Position numbers and translations under genes: made by a program
The notes under the pieces: model-generated
What the model was told of the DNA's origin: nothing
The model's database searches: none
Seen by the model: only the letters and a program-made list of their open reading frames with translations
In this document: positions 1 to 9,525 of the stretch, piece by piece
How positions within the stretch are numbered: position 1 is the first letter of the stretch
How the letters are laid out: each line of letters begins with the position of its first letter
DNA from: a virus
Taxonomy: Duplodnaviria > Caudoviricetes
Reading direction: 5' to 3' (one strand)
Virus record (IMG/VR): IMGVR_UViG_3300020428_000001
Location: 1 to 58,114 of that record
Length of the DNA: 58,114 nucleotides

Positions 1-55
1 CAGAACCACCACCAATAGCCCATTGTTTAGCTGATCCAGCACTTTGACCTGATTG
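1..55. repeat. 55-bp terminal overlap (copy 1), circular assembly junction
   Basis: Bases 1-55 are identical to 58060-58114, and a reading frame runs straight through the junction. Confidence 0.97.
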
Positions 56-838
56 TGTTCCTATTGCATATTCTTTAGCACTATACTCTGTATTATCTGC
101 AGTTGTTGTTGTTTCAGTTGCCCAGTCTTTAGCATTACCACCACCTGAAGCATGATCTACACCTGTACCACCTATAGCCCAAGCTTTAGCAGAGTAATCA
201 GAAGTACTTGGTACGACTCCATCTACTTTAACTGCATAATTACTTGCAGTAGTTGCATGACCACTTGCAGTAGTCGCATGCCCACTAGATGTACTTGCAC
301 TATTACTAGATGCTGTTGCACTAGTAGCCGAAGCAGTAGCACTTGTGGCACTAGCAGTAGCACTAGTAGCAGATGCTGTAGCACTAGTTGCTGAAGCAGT
401 TGCTGAAGTACTTGATGTTGCCGAGTAGTGTAATGCTGAATAATAACTATCTCCACTATATGTGAAGGCAGAGTTAGCTGCATTAGTAGCAAACTTTTGT
501 GCATCAGTTCTTGCAGTTGTTGCTAAAGTAGTTTGATTAGATACTTCAGTAGCATAATGTAATGCTGAATAGTAGTTACTACCACTATAATCGAATTGAG
601 TATTATGTGCATTAGTTGCGAATTGTTGTGCGACTGTTGCACTTCCAGTTGCATTGGTTGCTTGTGTTGAAGCTGTTGATGCACTTGTTGCTGCGTTAGT
701 AGCTGAAGTTTGTGCTGAAGTAACGTCTGCTGCAACTAAGTCTGATATTCCACTAAGCAGTGTTGTTCCAAAATAACTACCTGCTGAGGCAGTGTCTGTA
801 GCTCCTGTAAATTTTCCTGGTCTTGCTGGTGTAGTCAT
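1..838 (-). CDS. Tail fibre-like protein, 5' part (374 aa gene spanning the junction: 838->1, then 58059->57773)
   Basis: ATG at 838 overlaps the upstream TAA (TAATG). Open frame MTTPARPGKFTGATD... is Ala/Thr/Ser-rich with SATASAT heptads and YSAKxWA/YA motifs. Joined length is 1125 nt, in frame with ORF 57773..58039. Confidence 0.8.
   Translation of the reverse strand, partial: MTTPARPGKFTGATDTASAGSYFGTTLLSGISDLVAADVTSAQTSATNAATSASTASTQATNATGSATVAQQFATNAHNTQFDYSGSNYYSALHYATEVSNQTTLATTARTDAQKFATNAANSAFTYSGDSYYSALHYSATSSTSATASATSATASATSATASATSATASATSATASSNSASTSSGHATTASGHATTASNYAVKVDGVVPSTSDYSAKAWAIGGTGVDHASGGGNAKDWATETTTTADNTEYSAKEYAIGTQSGQSAGSAKQWAIGGGS
307..411 (-). repeat. Degenerate 21-nt coding tandem repeat (SATASAT, about 5 units; boundaries approximate)
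   Basis: Units such as gcactagtagcagatgctgta vary at wobble positions. A 2x SGHATTA repeat lies at about 246-287. Confidence 0.8.
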
Positions 839-1710
839 TATATTAATCCTCGCCCATTAAAGTTTACTTGAACATTTCCCCCAGAAGCTTGCCTTTGCTT
901 ATCTTCATCATTAAGCTCTTTAATCTCTGCATAAAACATATTACTATATTTTGCTGCTTGTTCATCGTCTTGTACGAAGGCAAAAATTTGAGCCAAAGCT
1001 CCGTATAAAAGTATTCGTTCATTTTCGTCTCTTAACCAATGTGGTACATCAATACCAATATAGTTTGCTGTATTTGTTCCAGCTCCATCTGCTGCTGCGG
1101 TTGCTTCGGTAGCAGTTGCATAAGCAGTCGTTGTATTACCATTTACAAAATATAACGCAGTTGTACCACCTGTAGTTGTAAGTAATCCAGCTGAATAGTT
1201 TAATGTAGTTACAGCGTATTTAGCATTTAATGATGGTAAACGTCTATAATAATATACTTCTATATTAGATGCAGTACCTAAACTAGATAAATTAAATCCA
1301 GGACTTACGAATATTACGTTTCTTTCTCTAGTCCAATAATTATTATTAGTATACTTTTCTGATAATGGATCAAAGAAAGTTCTTGGGTCTAACTTTTCAT
1401 TAAATACTCTTATTGTATTTCCTGCTGAATCAGTTTCTTTTATTGCAATAACTTCAACTAAGTCTTGAGGTACTTGTATTTCTGTTTTACTTGGATTAAG
1501 ATTAGTAGCAGCAGTTGTCGCGTTATCAAGACTATCACTATCATTTGTAAATACTGCTACATTTTCTAATGGCGGAACTCTTAATGTTCTGTAAGTTTTA
1601 TCTGCTGCGTATTGTAAAGCATCTTGTATAATAGCATCAGATACAATTTGTTCGTCTCTATTCGACCAAGTTCGAACTAGAGTAGTTAACTCTGTATATG
1701 TTAAAGCCAT
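838..1710 (-). CDS. Head-tail adaptor / tail tubular protein A-like
   Basis: 290 aa; N-terminus TYTELTTLVRTWSNR...RTLRVPPLE and C-terminal WL..ERILLYGAL are typical of podovirus adaptors; lies downstream of the capsid gene. Confidence 0.65.
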   Translation of the reverse strand: MALTYTELTTLVRTWSNRDEQIVSDAIIQDALQYAADKTYRTLRVPPLENVAVFTNDSDSLDNATTAATNLNPSKTEIQVPQDLVEVIAIKETDSAGNTIRVFNEKLDPRTFFDPLSEKYTNNNYWTRERNVIFVSPGFNLSSLGTASNIEVYYYRRLPSLNAKYAVTTLNYSAGLLTTTGGTTALYFVNGNTTTAYATATEATAAADGAGTNTANYIGIDVPHWLRDENERILLYGALAQIFAFVQDDEQAAKYSNMFYAEIKELNDEDKQRQASGGNVQVNFNGRGLI

Positions 1711-1722
1711 ACTACTCTCCTA

Positions 1723-2061
1723 TTAAGTGTTAATTAAAAGATCAGGATATTCAAACCTTAATACATGTTTTAATTTTATCATTTTATCTTTATCATGCAT
1801 AAATGCTGGATCGTGTAAATCTATACCATGATCTTCATTTATTTTAATAGCAACAATATCTGGTATAGTAGCCATTTTTCGATAGCCTTTATTAGCTTTA
1901 CCAAAATAGTCTTGTCTATCTCTATCAAGTTTAGCTTGTTCTTTATATTGTTGTATATTTTGAGTAGCTTCCCACTCACCTGTTTTTAAATCAAATCCTG
2001 CTTTTATAGATTCTTTTGGATTTATAGTAGCGCTTTGAAATTTAAAATCACTCTTTGTCAT
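1723..2061 (-). CDS. Hypothetical phage protein
   Basis: 112 aa ORF with AGGAG RBS in the late operon. Confidence 0.75.
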   Translation of the reverse strand: MTKSDFKFQSATINPKESIKAGFDLKTGEWEATQNIQQYKEQAKLDRDRQDYFGKANKGYRKMATIPDIVAIKINEDHGIDLHDPAFMHDKDKMIKLKHVLRFEYPDLLINT

Positions 2062-2071
2062 TTAAATTCTC

Positions 2072-2305
2072 CTATGTAGCAGGCTCTGTTATAGCGATAA
2101 ATCTACCTGATTTACCTATATAACCTAATTCATCACCAGCAGTTGCTGCTGTAAGTGATGCTTGTAAAGTTGGTGCTGGTGTACCACTTACATTTATAAG
2201 ATCTAAATGTGTTAACTTATATCCACCGCCTGTAGCTGCTCCTATTCTATATACACATTTTTCTACTGGGTATATATTTCCTGCGTTCGTTTTTATAACG
2301 TACAT
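2072..2305 (-). CDS. Hypothetical protein (possible minor virion protein)
   Basis: 77 aa ORF with GGAGG RBS. Confidence 0.7.
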   Translation of the reverse strand: MYVIKTNAGNIYPVEKCVYRIGAATGGGYKLTHLDLINVSGTPAPTLQASLTAATAGDELGYIGKSGRFIAITEPAT

Positions 2306-2322
2306 TGTTCCCTCCCGTTATT

Positions 2323-2517
2323 TTAATCTCTTCCGGTTATTACATATCCACCACCTTTATAGTGTTTAGATATTTTACCACCATGTCCTTTATAATCTAC
2401 TTTTTTCTTCTTTTTCTTTTTAGCTAACTCTTTATCTACATCATATCCTGAATCTTTAAACGTACTTCTGTCTATGTCTTGCATTCCTCTCTTTGTCGGT
2501 ACAATTACAATAGCCAT
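2323..2517 (-). CDS. Small basic hypothetical protein
   Basis: Start refined to ATG 2517 (GGGAGAG RBS); poly-Lys tract and GGxI/V motifs. Confidence 0.65.
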   Translation of the reverse strand: MAIVIVPTKRGMQDIDRSTFKDSGYDVDKELAKKKKKKKVDYKGHGGKISKHYKGGGYVITGRD

Positions 2518-2530
2518 AATATTCTCTCCC

Positions 2531-2562
2531 AATAAAAATGAGGAGACTCATAGAGCCTCCTC
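2531..2562 (-). terminator. Intrinsic terminator after the major capsid gene
   Basis: Minus strand GAGGAGGCTC-TAT-GAGTCTCCTC followed by ATTTTTATT; same position as T7 T-phi. Confidence 0.8.
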
Positions 2563-2569
2563 GAGTTGA

Positions 2570-3715
2570 TTATGCTAAGCCGTAAATAGCTCCACATCCT
2601 TTTGGATTACGTACTTCTAGAGTGCACTCTTCAACCATCATTCCAACAGTTGAATCACCCTTCTGACCTACATCTACTTCTTGTAGAGGTCTTAGATACG
2701 CAGTTGCAAACCACATTGGATCATAAAGTATTGCAGCAAAGTTAGCTACGTTAGTAGTAGCAGCTAAGTTTCCTGGACTTCCAGCTGAGTTTGTAAATTG
2801 AACTGCATTAGTAAGACCCATAATATAGTTAGGTACTACCATAAGATCACCAAAATCAGACATGTATACATCTACTGACTGTCTTAGTTTTCCGTCAGAA
2901 TCCATATTACGTCTTACGCCAGTATCACTTACCATTAAGTCAGAGAAATCTCTCCTTAATTTTGGTGATAGCATTATTTTAGTAGCTTTACCACCTTCTT
3001 CATAGATACTCTGCATAACAGAATCTATCTCAGTTAATGATAGTGCTGCAGTAGCAGGAGCAGCTGTACCACTAGTAGCAGCAGATCTTGGCTTACCTTT
3101 ACCATTTCCTATATCTGCAGCAACAGGAGCTCCCCAACCACCTACATAGTTAACAGTATCAGTATCATTAATAAAAGATTGGTAACCACCAGCCTTTCTT
3201 GCAGTATTAGACTGAGAAGCTACAGCTGCTGAAACATTATATGAATGAACCATATCGTGCTCAACATCACGTCTCATTTCAGTTCCACGCTTCTTAAGTT
3301 GATAAGCGTATTCGTCAGCAATACCCGCTTGATCTACAGCTCTCCTTGTACCTGACACAGCAATAGTTTTACCATTAATCTGTGTATAGTTTCCAAGTCT
3401 GGTTCTATTTGGACCAGTATGAGCAAATTTACCACCAACGGTAGGTGTAGCAGTTCCACCAGAAGAAGTAGGCTCTAACCAGTCAGTACCTTCTGGAATG
3501 ACTGAATCGCCAGGAACTTCTAATGCATCTGTCTGCCATTCATGATAAATAGCAGTTGCTTTAGTTTTACCAATAGATGATATAAAAGGGGTTTCATCCC
3601 TTGTAATCATCGAAATAAAGTTAGAAAGATCTTCCCTTTCGGAAACATCTTTATTTGTAGCACGGGCCGGACCAGCAGGTCCTCCAGTACCACGAACACC
3701 GAGTGTACTAGCCAT
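2570..3715 (-). CDS. Major capsid protein (DUF5309/SU10-type)
   Basis: REDLSNFISMITRDETPFISSIGK..A.AIYHEWQTDAL, GNYTQI, VDVYMSDFG and ECTLEVRNPKG motifs; follows the scaffold gene. Confidence 0.92.
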   Translation of the reverse strand: MASTLGVRGTGGPAGPARATNKDVSEREDLSNFISMITRDETPFISSIGKTKATAIYHEWQTDALEVPGDSVIPEGTDWLEPTSSGGTATPTVGGKFAHTGPNRTRLGNYTQINGKTIAVSGTRRAVDQAGIADEYAYQLKKRGTEMRRDVEHDMVHSYNVSAAVASQSNTARKAGGYQSFINDTDTVNYVGGWGAPVAADIGNGKGKPRSAATSGTAAPATAALSLTEIDSVMQSIYEEGGKATKIMLSPKLRRDFSDLMVSDTGVRRNMDSDGKLRQSVDVYMSDFGDLMVVPNYIMGLTNAVQFTNSAGSPGNLAATTNVANFAAILYDPMWFATAYLRPLQEVDVGQKGDSTVGMMVEECTLEVRNPKGCGAIYGLA

Positions 3716-3744
3716 GATATTCCTCCTTAGGCTATAAGTTTAAG

Positions 3745-4851
3745 TTATAAAGAACTTAAAGAGCGCTCAGCTATATTTCTTAGGAACATATTTTGCTCTT
3801 CTTGCGTAGCATTGCCACTAAGAGCTTTAGCACGTAAAGTATTATTAGCATCTTCTTTCTTTTTAGATACAGTTTTAGCCTTACGTAATGGTGCTTTCTT
3901 AACTGTTGTAGCTTTTCTTTTAACAGTTCCTTTATTAATTCCCTGCTTTAAAATACGATAATCATCTACAAATTTAACAATCTTTGGATCTGCAATGCTA
4001 TTTAATACTTCAGGTGATATACCTTCATTAATAGCAAATTCCCTTATAGATTTAGCCCTTTCTTCATTGAATCCAGGAATCATATCAGGAATAGCTTTAT
4101 TAAAATAGTCTAATTGTTCTTTCCAAGCTTTATTACTTTGTTCAACGCCTTCTTTTTCAACAGCAGATACTAACTGCTCTCTTTTATTTCTAGCGTCCCA
4201 ATATTGCTTTTGCGCTTGTTCTCTTTTATCTTTAAGATCACTTAACGCAAACGTATCGTTATCTTTTCTTGCAGTGTCTATGTCTTTATCTAAATCATGA
4301 TATTGCTTAGCAAGATCTTGTTCAGTAGAATAAAGGACTGCTAAAGAAGCTTTTGACATATTAGCTAATTCACCAAATTTGCCTTGATATTCCTCGTCTA
4401 ATTTTTTTCTAGCTTCTCCAAGTTCACGACCCTTATGAGAAAGAGATTGTTCAGTAGAGTAACCTTTAATTAGATCACTAAAAGATACTTCAGTTTCTTT
4501 GCCATCTATTTTAATAGCAACTTTAGCATCTAAATCTAAATCATCTTGAGTAAAAACTTCTAGTCCTTCGGTAGCGGCTTCTTCAGCGGCATCTTCTCCT
4601 TCAGTCTCTGTCTCTTCAGATTCGACTTCTTCTTCAACTTCTTCACTTTCGGATTCCTCAGATTTTGGGTCTTCTTTATCTGATTCCTCCGGGTCTAACT
4701 CAGGTACTTGCTCAGTGGGTAGAGACTCTTCGTTACTCGTAAAATTCGAGCTACGAACAATGTCAGCCAGCAATTGATCTTCTGTTCGACCACCTTCAGC
4801 TACAGAATCATCCCGAGGGGTAGAGTCTGGTATTGCTTGGGTATTATCCAT
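3745..4851 (-). CDS. Capsid scaffolding protein
   Basis: Very acidic N-terminus, KIDGKETEVSFSDLIKGY motif and coiled coil; directly upstream of the MCP. Confidence 0.85.
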   Translation of the reverse strand: MDNTQAIPDSTPRDDSVAEGGRTEDQLLADIVRSSNFTSNEESLPTEQVPELDPEESDKEDPKSEESESEEVEEEVESEETETEGEDAAEEAATEGLEVFTQDDLDLDAKVAIKIDGKETEVSFSDLIKGYSTEQSLSHKGRELGEARKKLDEEYQGKFGELANMSKASLAVLYSTEQDLAKQYHDLDKDIDTARKDNDTFALSDLKDKREQAQKQYWDARNKREQLVSAVEKEGVEQSNKAWKEQLDYFNKAIPDMIPGFNEERAKSIREFAINEGISPEVLNSIADPKIVKFVDDYRILKQGINKGTVKRKATTVKKAPLRKAKTVSKKKEDANNTLRAKALSGNATQEEQNMFLRNIAERSLSSL

Positions 4852-5053
4852 TTGCTTTTACCTCCTTTTTAGGTATAGGCTTTGAATTCTTATTATTATT
4901 ATAAATTTCTTTTAATTGATGTAAATGAACTAAAGTCTGAGCATTTAATTTAGCTTTACCCGGACTTCTCATAGAATCATATTCTAAAGTATTAATCATT
5001 ACATCTAAATTTTTCTTTAATTGAGTATTATCTATATCTCTCAAATCACTCAT
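4844..5053 (-). CDS. Hypothetical protein
   Basis: Start refined to MSDLRD at 5053 (GAGGA RBS); overlaps both neighbours. Confidence 0.65.
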   Translation of the reverse strand: MSDLRDIDNTQLKKNLDVMINTLEYDSMRSPGKAKLNAQTLVHLHQLKEIYNNNKNSKPIPKKEVKANG

Positions 5054-5381
5054 TAGGGTTATCCTCCTCTTGTATATGCGGAATATTTTTACCGTAAGTC
5101 TCAAATTGTATCATTTTCTCCTTAACACTTCCAAGTGCCATAGCAGAAGAATATAAAAATTCTCGAGTCTTAGTTTCATGAGGATCAGTTTTGAGCCACT
5201 CAACAAATAAATCTACTAATACTTCACCATATACTTCATCAAAAAATTCATCTCTTTCTTTAGCAGCAAAATGCCCTTTAACGTGGGAAAGTCGCGCTAA
5301 CTCGTCTGGATGAACTTTATGATTACCATAGGATTTAGTATTACCCAGCCTCTTCTCAGCTGTCTTACGGTATTTGTCCAT
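5046..5381 (-). CDS. Hypothetical head-module protein
   Basis: 111 aa with WLKTDPHETKTREFLY motif; lies between portal and scaffold. Confidence 0.75.
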   Translation of the reverse strand: MDKYRKTAEKRLGNTKSYGNHKVHPDELARLSHVKGHFAAKERDEFFDEVYGEVLVDLFVEWLKTDPHETKTREFLYSSAMALGSVKEKMIQFETYGKNIPHIQEEDNPNE

Positions 5382-5389
5382 TAGATTAT

Positions 5390-5809
5390 TTATCCTTCTA
5401 TTGAAATCTTTTTAGGCTTCTTTTCTTCTGGAACAATTCTTTCTAAATGAATTTTTAGCAAGCCATTTTCTAATTTTGCAGAATTAACTACTATATCATC
5501 AGATAGAGTAAATCGTCTAGTAAATTTTCTATACGAAATACCTCTATATAAATTGTTCTCATCATCATTGTTTTCTTTTATAGATTTAATTGTAAGAACA
5601 CCATCAGATAATTCAATATCAATATCTTTTTTACAAAAACCAGCAATAGCTAATTCTATAGTAAAATCAAAATCACCATTTTTAATTATATTGTATGGTG
5701 GATAAGAACTTTCTGTAGTATAATTATTTAACCTATTAAATACTCGATCAAAACCAATAGAATAAGGTGCATAATGATCGAACATTTCTGCGAAAAAATC
5801 TCTTGTCAT
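5390..5809 (-). CDS. hsp20: Small heat shock protein (Hsp20/IbpA family)
   Basis: IGFDRVF, SYPPYNIIK, IELAIAGF, YRGIS.RKFTRRFTL and AKLENGLLKIHLERIVPEEKKPKKISI motifs. Confidence 0.95.
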   Translation of the reverse strand: MTRDFFAEMFDHYAPYSIGFDRVFNRLNNYTTESSYPPYNIIKNGDFDFTIELAIAGFCKKDIDIELSDGVLTIKSIKENNDDENNLYRGISYRKFTRRFTLSDDIVVNSAKLENGLLKIHLERIVPEEKKPKKISIEG

Positions 5810-5861
5810 ATTTATCTCCTTTATTAAGCAAGATTATATTACTAACCCATAAGGCGTTAGT
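5810..5861 (-). promoter_or_regulatory. ROSE-like RNA thermometer in the hsp20 5' UTR
   Basis: AUCUUGCUU-AAUA-AAGGAGAU pairs the UUGCU motif (bulged G) with the SD. An upstream hairpin ACUAAC...GUUAGU is also present. Confidence 0.7.
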
Positions 5862-5874
5862 TAGTTAATTAGTA

Positions 5875-6171
5875 TTAAGTTACTAATGTATTATAAATTA
5901 TTTCTCCAGACTGAGCTGAAGTTCCATGTGTTGTTTTTAAACTAGTTAAAGTTTGAGCACCATTGTCTAATCCTGTTACTAACATATAAGATTTAGGACC
6001 CAAACTAAGGCCAGTTTGTACGTCTGTGCCTGCAGTTGCGACATTAAATGTTATCGCACCGTCACTATGATTAGTTACCATAATAATTCCTCCACCAGAT
6101 CCACCAGCAGTTGTGATAGTACCTGATTGAGCTGCGCCAACTCCAGCCGCGCTAAGTGTTACTGTTGCCAT
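5875..6171 (-). CDS. Hypothetical Gly/Thr-rich virion protein (possible capsid decoration)
   Basis: About 98 aa beta-rich ORF following the portal gene. Confidence 0.65.
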   Translation of the reverse strand: MATVTLSAAGVGAAQSGTITTAGGSGGGIIMVTNHSDGAITFNVATAGTDVQTGLSLGPKSYMLVTGLDNGAQTLTSLKTTHGTSAQSGEIIYNTLVT

Positions 6172-8314
6172 TTGCATTTACTCCCTGTAATAATTGCTTT
6201 GCCATTAATATTATTTGACCATACTCTGGATGATCTGGTAGTTTAGTACCTTCTTTTGCAGCCTTAATAGTTAAGTCTGCCCATTCTTGAAAATGTTTAT
6301 CAATTGATACTGCTAATTGCTTTGCATTATCATCTTGAGTATTTTTACTTTGAGCATTAGTATAATTAACATTAGCTTCTTGTAAAGCAAGATCAGTAGT
6401 AGCTTTTTGTTGTTCCATTTGTCTTGCTTGCTCAGCTGCTTGAGACTGTTTTTGTATAGTTTCTGCAGCTTTTTGCTTAAATTCATCTGTAGTATAATCT
6501 TCAAGAAAATCATTACTATCAATATTCATAGCTTCAATAAGTTTTGTAGCCAATATTGCTGGCGCTTCAGGTTTAACGACTATACCTGCACCTTGATTAT
6601 TGAGAGCTGGAAGAACTTCTGCACCAATTTTATTTAATTTTTGTATCATAGTAGAGTTTGAATTTTCTCCTATATCTAAGAAGATCTCTACATCCATTCT
6701 AGATGGAAGTGCGTTCATATCTATAGACTTATAAACCCCATCCATATTGTACGAATAAGTACCTTTAATATTTTTGTACATAGTCTCATAGACACCAGCA
6801 ATTAACCGCTTAAATCCAGTTTCAGCAAATCTCCGCGCTATATGTTGAATGCGCTTCTGGGCTGCTGATTGAACAGCGGAAAGCTTTTGTTCAGAATTAC
6901 CTGAAACATATAAAGTATCATTTAAACCTTGAGCAGCTTTTGACATTCCAGTTGCTTGTTCTTTTATAAGTTGTAAATGTTCTAATAATGGAACAGTACC
7001 AGTAGACATAGTCTCTGGTGGCAAGTTTTGAACTGCAGCTGCTGGATTACCATTAGTTGGTATTATTTGCTTAGGCTTCATATTTTGTAAAGCAGAAAAA
7101 TCTACTACATTTGGGTCTGCAAGCTTAGGACTATAATTAGTTAAATAAGTATTTTCTACAAATCCTCTTAAAATTGCAGTACTTGCTAAAGTAGAAGACC
7201 TTGTAAAGTCAGCCATTGATAATCCATAAAATTCAAATGGTATATCAATAGGAACTATAGATGCTAATGGAATAGTCTCAACATCTTCTTCGTGTAGTAT
7301 ATGAGTTCCAATAGTAATAAAATGCTTTAATTCTGCAATACCGTCTCCGTCTCTATCTACTTTTAACCAACACTCAGTAACAGTTACTTCTCTGTTAGCT
7401 TCAAGAGGCATTGCATCTTTTTGTGTAGAACCTTGCCAGTACTCTTGACCTGTCACAGTTTTTCTTGCTGCAACATCTTGAGAATATCCAGAAGAACCTA
7501 TCCAAACTTCTTCTTTCAAATCGTCCCAAGAATCAATATCTTTAGACTGTTCTGGCCAATACTTTCTAATTTCAGATCTAGTCATCTCTGTTTGTATTCC
7601 TACAAAATGAGCATCATCAATATTATTTGAATCTCTAGATATACGAAAGTTTTCTGGTGGTAATAATTCAATCTTTACTCTTGATTTATTTAATTTCTTT
7701 CTTATTCTAACATTAGTATATACTAATTCTACATCTGTATTTTCAGCACCTTCGCCAACAGATCTATTAGTATATTCTAATTCGCCAACTATTTCTACAT
7801 TATCATCAGATAATAGTTCATCTAAATTTTGTTGAGTTATTTCTTCAAATTCTTCAAATATATAATCTTCATCTTCAATAAAATCCCATCTACATATAGA
7901 ATTTTTCCATAACAGTGAAGCTTTAATCCATTGACTAATTAATTCCCAGCCATTATTCTTTTTAAACAAACAATAATTAACTAATGATGAAGCATCTTTA
8001 GCAGCTTTAAAAGCTCCAGGAGTTTCATCATAAGGAATAAATCTAGCAAGTCTTTGATTATTTAAAAATAAATCAGACAATATTGCTGTGTAAGCCTCTA
8101 CAACCTCAGTAGTAGACGTATCAACAATTGTTGAAACTCCTTGTGGAGACAGATGAGCGTCTGCGACACCTGCATATTCATACGTAGCTTTTAACCTTTC
8201 TCTAGCTAGATCGGAACTATTTAACCAATCTCCAGTAGAGTTTTGTACCCCACTTTCAATTAAATTAATTAATTGTTCGTCGGTTACAGCTTCTTTATAA
8301 CCATAACTAGACAT
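6152..8314 (-). CDS. Portal protein
   Basis: 720 aa; TECWLKVDRDGDGIAE, PFEFYGLSMAD, RGFVENTYLTN and IARRFAETG motifs of podovirus portals. Confidence 0.92.
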   Translation of the reverse strand: MSSYGYKEAVTDEQLINLIESGVQNSTGDWLNSSDLARERLKATYEYAGVADAHLSPQGVSTIVDTSTTEVVEAYTAILSDLFLNNQRLARFIPYDETPGAFKAAKDASSLVNYCLFKKNNGWELISQWIKASLLWKNSICRWDFIEDEDYIFEEFEEITQQNLDELLSDDNVEIVGELEYTNRSVGEGAENTDVELVYTNVRIRKKLNKSRVKIELLPPENFRISRDSNNIDDAHFVGIQTEMTRSEIRKYWPEQSKDIDSWDDLKEEVWIGSSGYSQDVAARKTVTGQEYWQGSTQKDAMPLEANREVTVTECWLKVDRDGDGIAELKHFITIGTHILHEEDVETIPLASIVPIDIPFEFYGLSMADFTRSSTLASTAILRGFVENTYLTNYSPKLADPNVVDFSALQNMKPKQIIPTNGNPAAAVQNLPPETMSTGTVPLLEHLQLIKEQATGMSKAAQGLNDTLYVSGNSEQKLSAVQSAAQKRIQHIARRFAETGFKRLIAGVYETMYKNIKGTYSYNMDGVYKSIDMNALPSRMDVEIFLDIGENSNSTMIQKLNKIGAEVLPALNNQGAGIVVKPEAPAILATKLIEAMNIDSNDFLEDYTTDEFKQKAAETIQKQSQAAEQARQMEQQKATTDLALQEANVNYTNAQSKNTQDDNAKQLAVSIDKHFQEWADLTIKAAKEGTKLPDHPEYGQIILMAKQLLQGVNANGNSNT

Positions 8315-8487
8315 TAATATTTACCTCCATCACCAGAATAAATTTTTCTACTTTCCATTAATTGTTCAGAAGTATAATTTCCCGGTTTAGTTAAATAATT
8401 AAGAACTCTTTCTTTTTGTTTTTTAACTTTAGGTTTTTCTTTTTTAATATCTTCGTTAGGATTTACTGCTTGAATATATCGTGTCAT
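8314..8487 (-). CDS. Small hypothetical protein (57 aa, not in ORF track)
   Basis: AGGAG RBS; MTRYIQAVNPNEDIKK...GDGGKY; its stop overlaps the portal ATG. Confidence 0.65.
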   Translation of the reverse strand: MTRYIQAVNPNEDIKKEKPKVKKQKERVLNYLTKPGNYTSEQLMESRKIYSGDGGKY

Positions 8488-8505
8488 AATCCGCTCCTGG
8501 GTTAA

Positions 8506-8952
8506 CTATGATAAATCTTTCATCCTTGTTACTAATCTTCCTGCTCTATTAGGTACTTGTTGATACCATTTAGAGTCTTGCATTTGAACTGAAGCTTCTT
8601 TCCAATCACCTTCAAGAACAGCTTTTTTCATATTAACAAATCTACTTAATCTAGGTTTTCCCATATTAAACATCATATTTGCTATTATATGTTGAACTTC
8701 TTCTGGTAATACATCAAAGTTGTTATATAAATCGTTACATTCATTTAATGTAATTTGTATATCTCGTTCAAATAATTCATTTACTTTTTCTTGAGATACA
8801 GGTGTTCCTTCTGGTTGTCCAAATAATTCTTCATCAAAGTCTGTAATAAGATGACCTATACCACAAGTTGGATAACCTAAATGGTCTCTATAAATTTCAA
8901 GTTTACATCCTTCATCTTGAGTTAATTCGTTTCTTAATTGTTCTATATTCAT
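8506..8952 (-). CDS. Endolysin, T4-lysozyme-like muramidase (GH24)
   Basis: DEGCKLEIYRDHLGYPTCGIGHL catalytic E-D-T motif, NMMFNMG and SKWYQQVPNRA. Confidence 0.92.
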   Translation of the reverse strand: MNIEQLRNELTQDEGCKLEIYRDHLGYPTCGIGHLITDFDEELFGQPEGTPVSQEKVNELFERDIQITLNECNDLYNNFDVLPEEVQHIIANMMFNMGKPRLSRFVNMKKAVLEGDWKEASVQMQDSKWYQQVPNRAGRLVTRMKDLS

Positions 8953-9272
8953 TTACCATTTTTCCTTTGAACCCAAGCGCTAGCACCCATATATGCACCT
9001 ACAATACCTGCACCTGAGATATAAAATAAATTACTAATATCAGCTAATGCATCTACTCTTTCAATAGGAATAAAAAACATTGCTGCTGTAAATACTCCCA
9101 TAGAAATTAAAGTATACCTAGCCATTCTAAGTTGAGCTAACTGCTTACGCAAAGTTGACTCCAACTCTTTAATTTCTCTAGCATGAGATAACTCTTCATC
9201 ACTAACTACTCCATCTCCATCTTCATCGTATTTACTATAAACACTTTCTTTTTGTAGAGACTTTGTAGTCAT
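8949..9272 (-). CDS. Two-TM membrane protein with EF-hand-like loop (possible holin)
   Basis: DEDGDGVVSDEE loop and two hydrophobic helices; coupled to the endolysin. Confidence 0.55.
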   Translation of the reverse strand: MTTKSLQKESVYSKYDEDGDGVVSDEELSHAREIKELESTLRKQLAQLRMARYTLISMGVFTAAMFFIPIERVDALADISNLFYISGAGIVGAYMGASAWVQRKNGK

Positions 9273-9277
9273 GATTA

Positions 9278-9514
9278 TTATCCGTTATCTATAAATTGCT
9301 TTTGCAATACATCTAACTTATCTTGAGCCGTTGCCATTGAATCTAATTCTTTATCAACAGTTTCAATAATATCAGAGTGTTCTCCAATACCAATTGATTT
9401 AGTCATATAAATAGATATATTAGCTTTATGCTTAGCAATTATTCCTTTATAATATTGAATTAATCCTTCGATTAATAAATGCTTACTTAAATTCTCATCT
9501 ACACGCGTATCCAT
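9278..9514 (-). CDS. Conserved hypothetical phage protein
   Basis: 78 aa with IGIGEHSDIIET motif. Confidence 0.7.
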   Translation of the reverse strand: MDTRVDENLSKHLLIEGLIQYYKGIIAKHKANISIYMTKSIGIGEHSDIIETVDKELDSMATAQDKLDVLQKQFIDNG

Positions 9515-9525
9515 ACTTCATCCTT

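Noticed and set aside
307-411. CRISPR-like array
   Set aside because: The repeats are contiguous codon-level repeats without spacers, and no cas genes are present.
152-735. ORF-track calls 152..394, 223..504 and 523..735
   Set aside because: These are shadow frames of the repetitive junction-spanning fibre gene.
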